DNA of 64,000 nt from a virus: positions 2,395 to 66,394 of the IMG/VR virus record IMGVR_UViG_3300031658_000004; one strand, given 5' to 3'. Within the stretch, counting starts at the first letter, position 1, and each line of letters opens with the position of its first letter. Of this stretch, positions 39,025-47,873 are shown one piece after another. The notes under the pieces are model-generated. The model was given only the letters and a program-made list of their open reading frames with translations, was not told where the DNA came from and made no database searches. Both the position numbers and the translations under genes were made by a program.

Positions 39025-39261
39025 TTAGTATTGAGAGTCCATCTCTTCAATTTGAGCATCACGAAATCTCCCCATAATACCAGTTAATGGTTTCTTAAGA
39101 GGTTTGTTTGGAACTAAAGCTTGTAAGATTGTATTAATAGCTGTTAATTCTTTTATCTTTAGTTCAAGTAAAGCTATCTCATGATCTTTGTTAGCTCTCA
39201 TTTTACCAGTAAACTTAACTTGATCTTTACAAGCTTGTCTAAAGTAGTCTGTTTCAGTCAT
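39025..39261 (-). CDS. Hypothetical coiled-coil early protein
   Basis: 78 aa ORF. Confidence 0.6.
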   Translation of the reverse strand: MTETDYFRQACKDQVKFTGKMRANKDHEIALLELKIKELTAINTILQALVPNKPLKKPLTGIMGRFRDAQIEEMDSQY

Positions 39262-39281
39262 AGTTTTATATTAAAGGGGTT

Positions 39282-39315
39282 AAAAAGACTACCCATATAT
39301 ACTATGGATAGTCTT
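39282..39315 (-). terminator. Intrinsic terminator overlapping end of small ORF
   Basis: AAGACUAUCCAUA-GUAUA-UAUGGGUAGUCUU-UUU. Confidence 0.65.
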
Positions 39316-39441
39316 AAAGTTATTGTTATTATCATCTTGCCAATACATAGTATAGATACCATCAGCATCTGTTGATGATTGGGATATGAAGGTTAGTTCT
39401 TGATTGTTAAATCGTGTATCCGAAAGGAGTAATCTTTCCAT
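39289..39441 (-). CDS. 50-aa early protein (not in ORF track)
   Basis: MERLLLSDTRFNNQELTFISQSSTDADGIYTMYWQDD... Confidence 0.55.
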   Translation of the reverse strand: MERLLLSDTRFNNQELTFISQSSTDADGIYTMYWQDDNNNNFKTIHSIYG

Positions 39442-39547
39442 AGTGCTATAGTATTATAATGAGATTAAATTGATGAAGAGTTAAATGGTGTGTTAAACGA
39501 CCGTATAACCTCTCGCTTATGCATTCGAACACAAGCAAGAGGAAAAC

Positions 39548-39572
39548 AAAAAGGGGTTATTTATCCCCTTTT
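39548..39572 (-). terminator. Intrinsic terminator/attenuator
   Basis: AAAAGGGG-ATAAATAA-CCCCTTTTT. Confidence 0.65.
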
Positions 39573-39706
39573 CTTAAAAGGACTAGTCCTTTACTGTCGT
39601 TCTTATACCAATACTCTTCGATAGTTGGTATACCATCTTTACTCTTCATAGTGATGATAACTTTAGTGTTGTTATCATACTCTATAATGTCCATTGCTGT
39701 TTCCAT
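39557..39706 (-). CDS. 49-aa first early protein (not in ORF track)
   Basis: METAMDIIEYDNNTKVIITMKSKDGIPTIEEYWYKNDSKGLVLLRKGDK. Confidence 0.6.
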   Translation of the reverse strand: METAMDIIEYDNNTKVIITMKSKDGIPTIEEYWYKNDSKGLVLLRKGDK

Positions 39707-39835
39707 AATTCTCTAATTTTTATAATTAAAACTGGTTGGGGACATCCCAACTCTAAAGAACAATGGGGGTTTAGTTTTGAGGAGGTTCACACGTTCAGAA
39801 ACAAATCTTAAAATTTTTCCCCCTTTTATTTTTTT

Positions 39836-39858
39836 ATTGGTTATTTTTTATATCTTTG
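39836..39858 (+). promoter_or_regulatory. Bacteroidota sigma70 promoter at strand switch
   Basis: TATCTTTG (-7 element) with upstream TTG. Confidence 0.7.
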
Positions 39859-39861
39859 CAG

Positions 39862-40115
39862 TCCAATATTATCGTCCCTTGGTAACCAAAAATGGGACTA
39901 GACATCGGATTTCGAACTCTAAATAAGAGGGAAATTTTCTCCGGTAATTGGAAAAAGAGTAAGATATAAACTCTGATTTGGATAGAATGCACACAGGTAC
40001 GTGCGGTGAATTAACATCAAGATCACTATCCATGGGTCCCCCCTGAAAAGAGGAGCACTGTCAGAAGGAAATTCACACTTGAAACTAAAGCCACAAGGGG
40101 GTGAACTATATCCAA
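39862..40115 (+). ncRNA. Candidate structured RNA / long leader
   Basis: ~250 nt without a listed ORF, multiple hairpins, directly after promoter. Confidence 0.45.
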
Positions 40116-40124
40116 TTTAGAAAT

Positions 40125-40313
40125 ATGACAAAGTATAGATGTACTTGTAAAGAAACAAGAGAACTTAATAAGATGACGATGGTAGTTATTGATGATAAGG
40201 TAAGGATTAAAGAAGCCTTATGTAAGTGTGGAGAATATATGGAGGAAGTTAACCAGGAGTTTGGAGGTTTCCCATCACTAATTCGAACCGAACCTACATT
40301 AAGTAAAAAATAA
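40125..40313 (+). CDS. Small zinc-ribbon protein
   Basis: YRCTC...CKCGEYM; ATG at 40125 preferred to GTG 40101. Confidence 0.6.
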   Translation: MTKYRCTCKETRELNKMTMVVIDDKVRIKEALCKCGEYMEEVNQEFGGFPSLIRTEPTLSKK

Positions 40314-40324
40314 ATCTAAAAAGA

Positions 40325-40357
40325 TTTGGTATTATAAAGGAATTATTTATATATTTG
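40325..40357 (+). promoter_or_regulatory. Bacteroidota sigma70 promoter
   Basis: TTTG ... TATATTTG upstream of groES. Confidence 0.75.
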
Positions 40358-40379
40358 CACCAACTAAAATATATATATA

Positions 40380-40649
40380 ATGAAATTTACACCAAACAAT
40401 CATTGGGTAGTCCTTCCAGACCCAACAATCACAGAAACAGAGTCAGGAATCATCTTAGATGAAGCTACTTCTATTCAGAACGCTAAACGTTCGAATATAT
40501 TAGAGGTTTTAGCAGTAGGTCCAGCATGCACATTCTGCAAAGTTGGGGATACGGTTATGATAGACCCTAGAACAGAAGCTGTAAAATGTAGGATAGATGA
40601 TACAGATATGCTATTAGTTGGGGAACACCAATTATTAGGTAAGTGGTAA
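40380..40649 (+). CDS. groES: GroES-like co-chaperonin
   Basis: P..HWVV, ETESGIIL mobile loop, VLAVGP, KVGDTV. Confidence 0.85.
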   Translation: MKFTPNNHWVVLPDPTITETESGIILDEATSIQNAKRSNILEVLAVGPACTFCKVGDTVMIDPRTEAVKCRIDDTDMLLVGEHQLLGKW

Positions 40650-40897
40650 GTGGTACTGTCACTATAACTATAGAAGATTATCATGCTTTTATAGATCAAG
40701 CTATAGACGTTAAAGAGAAAGAGGGTAAGTTAACCTTAGCCGCTAAAGAACTGCAAGTATTCTTATCATTTATCTGTGATCAGGTAGATATGACTAAGCA
40801 TATAGAGTCTTTTAACAAACAATCTACAAGATCATCTATAGAATTTATTAATGGGAGGGCTCAAATCAAATTCAAAGGTGATAAGACTACTAAATAA
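40643..40897 (+). CDS. Hypothetical protein
   Basis: 84 aa, GTG start overlapping groES. Confidence 0.6.
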   Translation: MVSGTVTITIEDYHAFIDQAIDVKEKEGKLTLAAKELQVFLSFICDQVDMTKHIESFNKQSTRSSIEFINGRAQIKFKGDKTTK

Positions 40898-41021
40898 ATT
40901 ACTATACATAAAACATAGGTTAGGATTCCATAATAAAAAGTGTAGAAGGCGTATATTCACTACGGAACAGGATTATCTATGTTTAAGGACTGGAAATTCA
41001 CATAAAAAATTTACATTATGA
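40878..41021 (+). CDS. 47-aa basic His/Cys protein (not in ORF track)
   Basis: GTG start; HRLGFHNKKC...YLCLRTG; ATGA overlap with next ORF. Confidence 0.45.
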   Translation: MIRLLNKLLYIKHRLGFHNKKCRRRIFTTEQDYLCLRTGNSHKKFTL

Positions 41022-41245
41022 CCTATTTACAACATTTAAAGAAGACAGACAATTGTGTAGACATACGTTGGATTGTTAAATACACTAAGAAAGGTAGAGT
41101 AAGAGAAGTAAAACAAATATATAAACCATCAGAGTATTATGCTATGAACTTACATAGAGGTAAAAATGCAAGACCTTTACATAACAAGAATGCCCTGATT
41201 AAAATTTTAGAAGATGAAAAAGAAAAGAGTAACCATAAAAGCTAA
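41018..41245 (+). CDS. Hypothetical basic protein
   Basis: 75 aa ORF. Confidence 0.55.
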   Translation: MTYLQHLKKTDNCVDIRWIVKYTKKGRVREVKQIYKPSEYYAMNLHRGKNARPLHNKNALIKILEDEKEKSNHKS

Positions 41246-41543
41246 TACTACTTATAAGTATCTACAGTTATGGAATGGTATATTCAATTTAACTGAAAAG
41301 GAGCTAACGATCTTATCGTGCTTTATAGATGTTAGGAATACTTTAAACGTGTCTAGCCTCTGTGGTATAGATAATAAGAAAGAAGTAGCTAAGCTATTAA
41401 ACATTAAAGACCCTAATACATTGAATAACTATGTAAAGAGGTTTAAAGATAAAGGTGTTATTATAAAATCGGAGAACATATACCTGTTATCACATGTATT
41501 AGAACCTGAAACAGAACAAATAATAATAAACATTAATAAATAA
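41214..41543 (+). CDS. Winged-HTH DNA-binding protein
   Basis: LTEKELTIL...KKEVAKLLNI..NTLNNYVKRFKDKGVI. Confidence 0.7.
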   Translation: MKKKRVTIKANTTYKYLQLWNGIFNLTEKELTILSCFIDVRNTLNVSSLCGIDNKKEVAKLLNIKDPNTLNNYVKRFKDKGVIIKSENIYLLSHVLEPETEQIIININK

Positions 41544-41671
41544 TGGAAGATTTAGAAAGTTTCTATGGCCTAGTAGTTTCATACTTTGATTTAGAGGAGT
41601 ATGAATTAATGGTTGTACAAGATGGAGAAGGAGAATTAATAACATTAAAAGTATTATACAATGGAAGATAA
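41543..41671 (+). CDS. 42-aa acidic protein (not in ORF track)
   Basis: TAATG coupling; MEDLESFYGLVVSYFDLEEYELMVVQDGEGELITLKVLYNGR. Confidence 0.55.
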   Translation: MEDLESFYGLVVSYFDLEEYELMVVQDGEGELITLKVLYNGR

Positions 41672-41966
41672 AAAAGAAGATGAGGAAAATAAATATGTAA
41701 AACCACCTACGACACTACAAATGATAGCTTCATTTATTAAAGACTTTGCAGTATACCTTAAAAACGGAGCTCAGAATGTTTCTATAGGAGATTATAGACA
41801 ACGTCTTGGAGCATGTAATGCATGCCCTCATATAAATAAGGAGCATATGAGATGTAATTTATGTGGTTGTATGGTAGAGCATAAGGCTAAGTGGAAAAAT
41901 ACTACATGCCCAGACACACCTCAAAGATGGACACCTCAAACACCTAAGTATCCTACTAATGAGTAA
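41661..41966 (+). CDS. Cys-rich zinc-binding protein (DUF6171-like)
   Basis: RLGACNACP...CNLCGC...KAK...CP...W. Confidence 0.65.
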   Translation: MEDKKEDEENKYVKPPTTLQMIASFIKDFAVYLKNGAQNVSIGDYRQRLGACNACPHINKEHMRCNLCGCMVEHKAKWKNTTCPDTPQRWTPQTPKYPTNE

Positions 41967-42165
41967 AGACTTGATAATCTATAAGATAGCTAATAAATAT
42001 AACCTCCCATTAAAAAAAGTAAAGAGTATAGTAGAAGCTCAATTTGATTATGTATCAAAGATTATGAAGAAAGGGGATTTTGAAACAATACGCTTACCTT
42101 ATTTTGGTAAATTCTCTGTTAACCCTAAGAGGGTAGAGCATTTAAATAAATTAAAAACAAAATGA
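41959..42165 (+). CDS. IHF/HU-like DNA-binding protein
   Basis: KDLII.KIA.KYNL...IRLPYFGKFSV; conserved in crAss-like capsid block. Confidence 0.75.
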   Translation: MSKDLIIYKIANKYNLPLKKVKSIVEAQFDYVSKIMKKGDFETIRLPYFGKFSVNPKRVEHLNKLKTK

Positions 42166-42764
42166 ATCTAGTAACAGCGCGTAAAACGTCATGTGATCAC
42201 TGTACTACATATTGTAAATGTAAAGTATGTAAGAGAGAGAGGTTATTAATAAGGTGTGAGTGGTATATACGAAATATTGTAACTGGGTTTAAAACTATGT
42301 TTCAACGTAGGCCTAAACGGAAAGTCGTAAAGGTGAGATTAAGTGAAATATTCACCCATAGTACATATGATACTGCTGATAGTAAGTACGAGTGGGGGAT
42401 ATTAGAGAAGACTATTAGGAAATATGGTTTAAAAGAACCTATTCATCTTATCCCAATACTAGAAGTAACTCGTGTGGAAAATGTAATAGACGAAGAGTGG
42501 ATATTGAAATTGGTAAATGGATACAAGTATTTCCCCCTAGATGGGCAACATCGGACAGCGGTATTAAAATTTATACATTTAAACGACCCATTAGCATTAG
42601 TAGATGCCTGTATTATAGAGCCTAACCATATAACTGATGTTAGTAAATGGGAACACGATCGATATCCTAGTGATCACAGATACTTCACGGCTTTCTATAC
42701 TCCTGATACTTGGGATCAGAAAACAGATTATGCTGCAGTAATTCATGAACTAAACCAAAGATAA
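42162..42764 (+). CDS. ParB/Srx-like (DGQHR) domain protein with Cys-rich N-terminus
   Basis: LEKTIRKYGLKEPI...LDGQHRTAVL; CDHC..CKCKVC. Confidence 0.65.
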   Translation: MNLVTARKTSCDHCTTYCKCKVCKRERLLIRCEWYIRNIVTGFKTMFQRRPKRKVVKVRLSEIFTHSTYDTADSKYEWGILEKTIRKYGLKEPIHLIPILEVTRVENVIDEEWILKLVNGYKYFPLDGQHRTAVLKFIHLNDPLALVDACIIEPNHITDVSKWEHDRYPSDHRYFTAFYTPDTWDQKTDYAAVIHELNQR

Positions 42765-42766
42765 AA

Positions 42767-43291
42767 ATGAGATTAACAGATGATTTAATATATATAAAAG
42801 ATGGTAAAAAAGCTATGCCTAGTGCATATGCATGTACCATCCTGGAATTCAAAGGATTACAAACTGATGAACTATCTTTTGTATACTTTATGGTGGATCA
42901 TAGATCTCCATATGCAGTTTATGAATGGCAACAACGTATTATTGAAGTAAAAAATAGTATCTTTGGTGAAGAAAATAAATGGGAAGCATCAACTAAAGTC
43001 TTAGCAGCATGTGCTAAGTATGATAAACTAATAGAAACCTCAGCGGTAAGGTTATTAAAAGCAGCGAGAGAATCTATTGTGAAATTAGAGAAGTACTTTA
43101 GATTTATAGATTTACATGAAATGGATGATAGAGGTAAACCTATTTATTCTGCTAAAGACCTTATATCTAACTTAGAAAAGATGGGGAAGGTAGTTGATGG
43201 GTTGACCAAGTTAGAAGAGATAGTAAAAAGAGAAGAACAAGCTGCTAACACTAATAGAGGTGGAGTAGAGGTAAATAAATATAATATGTAA
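42767..43291 (+). CDS. Conserved crAss-like protein near terminase (possible small subunit)
   Basis: 174 aa, two genes upstream of terL, C-terminal RGG. Confidence 0.5.
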   Translation: MRLTDDLIYIKDGKKAMPSAYACTILEFKGLQTDELSFVYFMVDHRSPYAVYEWQQRIIEVKNSIFGEENKWEASTKVLAACAKYDKLIETSAVRLLKAARESIVKLEKYFRFIDLHEMDDRGKPIYSAKDLISNLEKMGKVVDGLTKLEEIVKREEQAANTNRGGVEVNKYNM

Positions 43292-43563
43292 TGGATTTTT
43301 TAGAAGAGATAGAATTATACAATAGTGCAATGGATAATGCATATAATCTAATCACAGGTAAGATTGATGTGGATGATATGTTTATAGAATTCGATGAAGG
43401 AGATGATGATGCTCTGTTACCATTACCATTTAACCCCTTTATGTCAGAGAAATATTCCAATGCTCTTATAGATGTAGTTATAGAACACTTTTCTCATTAT
43501 GAAGAGTATGAAAAATGTGCGGAGTTAGTAAAGATAAAAGAAATTAATGTTAAAGAACACTAA
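43291..43563 (+). CDS. Small protein with UVR (UvrB/C) motif
   Basis: HFSHYEEYEKCAELVKIK. Confidence 0.55.
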   Translation: MDFLEEIELYNSAMDNAYNLITGKIDVDDMFIEFDEGDDDALLPLPFNPFMSEKYSNALIDVVIEHFSHYEEYEKCAELVKIKEINVKEH

Positions 43564-45511
43564 CAGGGTTAGAGCAGCAGCTTTAGAGTTCTTAGAAACA
43601 GGTATGTATACAACAGCTATACCTGGAACTAAAGACTATTTTGAGTTTTGGGATAGAGAGAAAAAAAGATGTTTGTATGGGTATACGATTGATGACTTAT
43701 CAGTCACAGGATTCCATTACTTCTATTTAAACTACTGTCCTATAGATAGAGCTATAGATGAAATTCTTCCTGATGGCTCAGTACAATCACGACGTGAAAG
43801 AACATTCCCAGCATTCTATGATGGTGATTATTTATATTTTCATGAGATAGATAAAGCGAGATCTAATAATAAACATATGATAGTTCTAAAAGCTCGTCGT
43901 AAAGGGTATTCATATAAAGCTGGATCTATGTTAGCTAGGAATTATTTCTTTATAAGGAACTCTAAGAACTTTGTATTTGCAGGACAGAAAGAATATTTAA
44001 TTGGTGATGGACTCTTATCTAAAGCATGGGAGTTTTTATCTTTTATAGATGATCATACAGCATGGGCACAACCAAGACTTAGAGATAGAGAGATGTCTAA
44101 GATGTCTGGGTATAAGAAGAAAGTTAATGGTGTAGATATTGAGATGGGGATGAAATCTCAAATCATAGGGGTGAGTCTTAAAGACAACCCAGACAAAGTC
44201 AGAGGAAAAGCCGGAGAGTTGGTTTTCTTTGAGGAAGCTGGTTCATTCCCTGGACTACTCAAGGCATGGGAGGTAACAATGCCAACCATGAGGCAAGGAT
44301 CTAAAACATTAGGTATGATGGTAGCCTTTGGTACAGGTGGTACAGAAGGAGCAGATTTTGAAGCTATGGAAGAAATATTTTATAATCCTGCAGCATATGA
44401 TTGTATGGAATATGAAAATGAATGGGATGAAGGAGCCATGGGTACTAAGTGTGGGTATTTTATACCTATACAAAGAAACTTAGATGGGTTTATAGATGAA
44501 CAAGGAAATTCATTAATGTCATCAGCTATAGAGTATGAAGAAGGTGCAAGAGAGAAAAAGAAAGGTGCAGCAGATCATAAATCTTTAGATCAGTATATAG
44601 CAGAGCACCCATACTCTCCTCAAGAAGCTACCCTACAAGTTACGGCAAATCTATTTGATATAGGATCTTTACAGGAACAGTATAATAAGATTAAAGCTAG
44701 TAATTTACATTCTGTAGGTACTGCAGGAGATTTTAGATATGATACTAAAGGACAAGTTAAGTTTACTATCAATGGAGATAATAGACCAATATTAAAATAC
44801 CCACATAGAAAGGATGATGCTATAACAGGTACTGTAATTATATATGAAGCTCCTTATAGGAATACAGTTGGGCAAGTACCTAGAAATCTGTATGTAATTT
44901 GTCATGATCCATATGGACAAAATCAATCAGCTGATAGTTCTTCTTTAGGGAGTGCATATGTTTTAAAATTACCTAATAATCTTTCTAAACCAGATGATAT
45001 TATAGTAGCTAGTTATGTTGGGAGACCTAAGACGACGGATGAGTATAATAGAAATCTATTTATGCTAGCAGATTATTATGGGTGTAAGATAGGATTTGAG
45101 AACGATCGAGGAGAAGTTATAGCTTATGCTAAACGACATAGAAAGTTACATAAGTTACAAGAAGAATTTGAGATGTTGGATAAAAAAGAATTAAGATCTA
45201 AAACTGTGAAACGACAATATGGGATGCATATGACAGAAGCTAGGAAGAGGCAAGGTGAATTATATATTAGAGACTGGTTAGTTTCTCCTAGAGGTAAAGA
45301 TGTTGAGGGTGTACAGTCTTTAAATCTTCATAAAATATATGATCCCGCCTTATTAACTGAGCTAATAAAGTTTAATCATAAAGGCAATTTTGATAGGGTG
45401 ATGTCATTAATGATTGGTATGTTCCATACTAAGGAGTTGTACAATGCAGAGATTAAAGATATACTAGAGGACGGTGCATCTAACGACTGGTTTGATAGAA
45501 TGTACAACTAG
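43547..45511 (+). CDS. terL: Terminase large subunit
   Basis: LKARRKGYSY Walker A, FFEEAG Walker B, GTGG, HDPY nuclease Asp, GNFDRV. Confidence 0.95.
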   Translation: MLKNTNRVRAAALEFLETGMYTTAIPGTKDYFEFWDREKKRCLYGYTIDDLSVTGFHYFYLNYCPIDRAIDEILPDGSVQSRRERTFPAFYDGDYLYFHEIDKARSNNKHMIVLKARRKGYSYKAGSMLARNYFFIRNSKNFVFAGQKEYLIGDGLLSKAWEFLSFIDDHTAWAQPRLRDREMSKMSGYKKKVNGVDIEMGMKSQIIGVSLKDNPDKVRGKAGELVFFEEAGSFPGLLKAWEVTMPTMRQGSKTLGMMVAFGTGGTEGADFEAMEEIFYNPAAYDCMEYENEWDEGAMGTKCGYFIPIQRNLDGFIDEQGNSLMSSAIEYEEGAREKKKGAADHKSLDQYIAEHPYSPQEATLQVTANLFDIGSLQEQYNKIKASNLHSVGTAGDFRYDTKGQVKFTINGDNRPILKYPHRKDDAITGTVIIYEAPYRNTVGQVPRNLYVICHDPYGQNQSADSSSLGSAYVLKLPNNLSKPDDIIVASYVGRPKTTDEYNRNLFMLADYYGCKIGFENDRGEVIAYAKRHRKLHKLQEEFEMLDKKELRSKTVKRQYGMHMTEARKRQGELYIRDWLVSPRGKDVEGVQSLNLHKIYDPALLTELIKFNHKGNFDRVMSLMIGMFHTKELYNAEIKDILEDGASNDWFDRMYN

Positions 45512-45573
45512 TGATATATTATAAGTATAAGGGTAATATTTACTCTTATAGTAAAAACGAAGGTAAAATTAAC

Positions 45574-45581
45574 TAATTTTG
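45574..45581 (+). promoter_or_regulatory. TAnnTTTG element upstream of portal
   Basis: TAATTTTG 6 nt before ATG. Confidence 0.5.
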
Positions 45582-45587
45582 TAAGCT

Positions 45588-47873
45588 ATGGGATACGAGG
45601 GAATACCAAGACAGAAACTGTCTATAAGCAAGAAAAATAAGGAGTGGGGGGAAGCTTGTGTAGAAGCTTATATTAATTTATCAGGGAATGGTTATACACT
45701 ATCATCTCGAAAAGATGATCTACAGAAATTATATGATATGTATAATGGAGTAGTAGATACTGGTGATTATAATTTAGTATTAAAACCTTATGGAAAAAGT
45801 CGTAAGAATTTTCCATCAGCCTTAAGGAATTACCCAATTATAAAACCTATTATAGATTTATTATTAGGGGAAAAAACTAAGAGACCATTTAACTTTACTG
45901 TATCAGTTCAAAACGCAGATACTGTTACAAGGAAAGAAATGGCTAAACAAGAGACGTTGTATAGAAACTTACAACAACGATTTGTTAATGCTGCTAATAA
46001 AGCAGGAGTTGAGACAGGAATAGATACTCAAGAAGTTCCAATGCCGGAACATGTAGCCAACTTATTTGAGTCTTCATATGTAGATAATAGAGCTGTTATG
46101 GGGCAGCATGCTATGTCGTATATAGAACATCATCAAGAAGTAAAAAGAAAATTAGATAAAGCTTGGTTTCATTACTTAGTTTCTGGGGAGTGTTACACAC
46201 ACCGAGGAGTTCGACATAACGAACCTTTCTATGATATCCTTAATCCTTTAAATGTAAATTATGATTTAGATCCGGATTTAGAATTTGTAGAAGATGGTGA
46301 CTGGGCTTCAGTTACTAAGTTTGTACATGCAAGTACTTTAGTAGATCATTACTTTGATGTACTAACTGATAGTGAAATGTTAGAATTAGAATCTCCTACT
46401 CACTCTGGAAGTGATATTGGATTCTTAGCATCAATGAATTCTAAAGGAGCCAACACACAAGACTCACGATTAATTGAAGTAGTTATAGTATATTGGAAAT
46501 CTAGAAAACGTATAGGATTTTTATCATTCACAGACCCTGAAACTGGAGAACCTGTTGAAGAGGATGTTGAAGATGGATTTAAAATGCCTAAAGAACTTAA
46601 AGAAATAGGAGCTAAGTTAGAATGGATATGGGTTAATGAAGTATGGGAAGGGACTAGGATAGATAATAAATTCTATGTGAATATCAACCCTATTAAGAAT
46701 CAAAGAACATCTATGGAGAATCCATCTTTATGTAAACTACCTATTAATGGTAGAAGATATTCTGATGTGAATAGTGAAAATATTTCATTAGTATCTTTAG
46801 GTATACCATTTCAAGTTAATTATAATATCTATAAATATAGGTTAGAACTTGCTATAGCACGATCTAAAGATATAGTTGCTCAGTTTGATATTAATATGAT
46901 CCCTAAGAAATGGGATATGGATAAGTTTATGTACTTTGTAGAAGGTACAGGTATTGCTTGGGTAGATTATAATAAAGAAGGAGTTCAATTATCACCTCAA
47001 CATCAGTCTGTATTAGACATGTCTATTAAAACTATAGAACAATATATAATGTTATTAAATTCTATTGTTGAAGAATGGGAGAAATTATCAGGAGTTACTA
47101 GACAAAGACAAGGTCAGATAGGAAGTTATGAAGGGAAAGCTGCTTCTCAACAAGCTATCGTACAGTCCTCACATATTACAGAAGATTTATTTAAAAAATT
47201 CGCAGGAGTCGAACAAAGAGATATGCAAGCACTATTAGATTATTCTAAAGAAGCTTGGCATGGAGGTAAAAAATCTGCTTATATGATGCCTGATGGTGTA
47301 ACAGAATTTTTAGATATAGATTCTATAGAGCATATGGAATCTAACTATGGTATATTTATGACTGATGCAGGTAAAGAGAAAGATAAGATCGATGGTATAA
47401 GACAGTTGTCTCAAGCTATGGTTCAGAATGGGGTTAAGGTATCTGCTATAGCGGAGATGATGGATGCAGATAGTTTCCCTCAAATCAAAGCTAAGATTAA
47501 ACAAGCAGAGAAGAAGCAAGAGGAATTAGAGAAAGCACAACAAGAAGCTGAACAACAACAGCAACAAGCTCAATTAGAACAGCAAAAAGAACAGATGGCT
47601 CAAATGGCTGCAGATGCTGAGAAAGATCGTGAAACAAAAATTAAAATTGCAGAGATCCATGTAAGTGGACAAAAAGAAGGAGCGCAATTAAATATGCAAC
47701 ATGGTTTACAAGAATTAGAATTAAAAGAGGAAGAACTGGATATTAAAGAAAAGCTAGCTAACGAAGAAATAAGATCTAACAAAGCTGATGAAGCGATTGA
47801 TAGGGAAAAGATAAAAGCTGACATTAAACAAACTAGAATAAGTAAAACGGATTCTAATAAGAAAAAAGATTAA
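45588..47873 (+). CDS. Portal protein
   Basis: 761 aa after terL; crAss-type IPRQKL..KKNKEW, YPIIKP, GVTRQRQG; Q-rich coiled C-terminus. Confidence 0.9.
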   Translation: MGYEGIPRQKLSISKKNKEWGEACVEAYINLSGNGYTLSSRKDDLQKLYDMYNGVVDTGDYNLVLKPYGKSRKNFPSALRNYPIIKPIIDLLLGEKTKRPFNFTVSVQNADTVTRKEMAKQETLYRNLQQRFVNAANKAGVETGIDTQEVPMPEHVANLFESSYVDNRAVMGQHAMSYIEHHQEVKRKLDKAWFHYLVSGECYTHRGVRHNEPFYDILNPLNVNYDLDPDLEFVEDGDWASVTKFVHASTLVDHYFDVLTDSEMLELESPTHSGSDIGFLASMNSKGANTQDSRLIEVVIVYWKSRKRIGFLSFTDPETGEPVEEDVEDGFKMPKELKEIGAKLEWIWVNEVWEGTRIDNKFYVNINPIKNQRTSMENPSLCKLPINGRRYSDVNSENISLVSLGIPFQVNYNIYKYRLELAIARSKDIVAQFDINMIPKKWDMDKFMYFVEGTGIAWVDYNKEGVQLSPQHQSVLDMSIKTIEQYIMLLNSIVEEWEKLSGVTRQRQGQIGSYEGKAASQQAIVQSSHITEDLFKKFAGVEQRDMQALLDYSKEAWHGGKKSAYMMPDGVTEFLDIDSIEHMESNYGIFMTDAGKEKDKIDGIRQLSQAMVQNGVKVSAIAEMMDADSFPQIKAKIKQAEKKQEELEKAQQEAEQQQQQAQLEQQKEQMAQMAADAEKDRETKIKIAEIHVSGQKEGAQLNMQHGLQELELKEEELDIKEKLANEEIRSNKADEAIDREKIKADIKQTRISKTDSNKKKD

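Noticed and set aside
40908-40984. Hairpin AAACATAGGT/ATCTATGTTT as an ncRNA
   Set aside because: Region is better explained by a 47-aa ORF coupled to both neighbours
33723-45511. Introns or inteins in polA and terL
   Set aside because: Both ORFs are uninterrupted and of normal length with contiguous motifs
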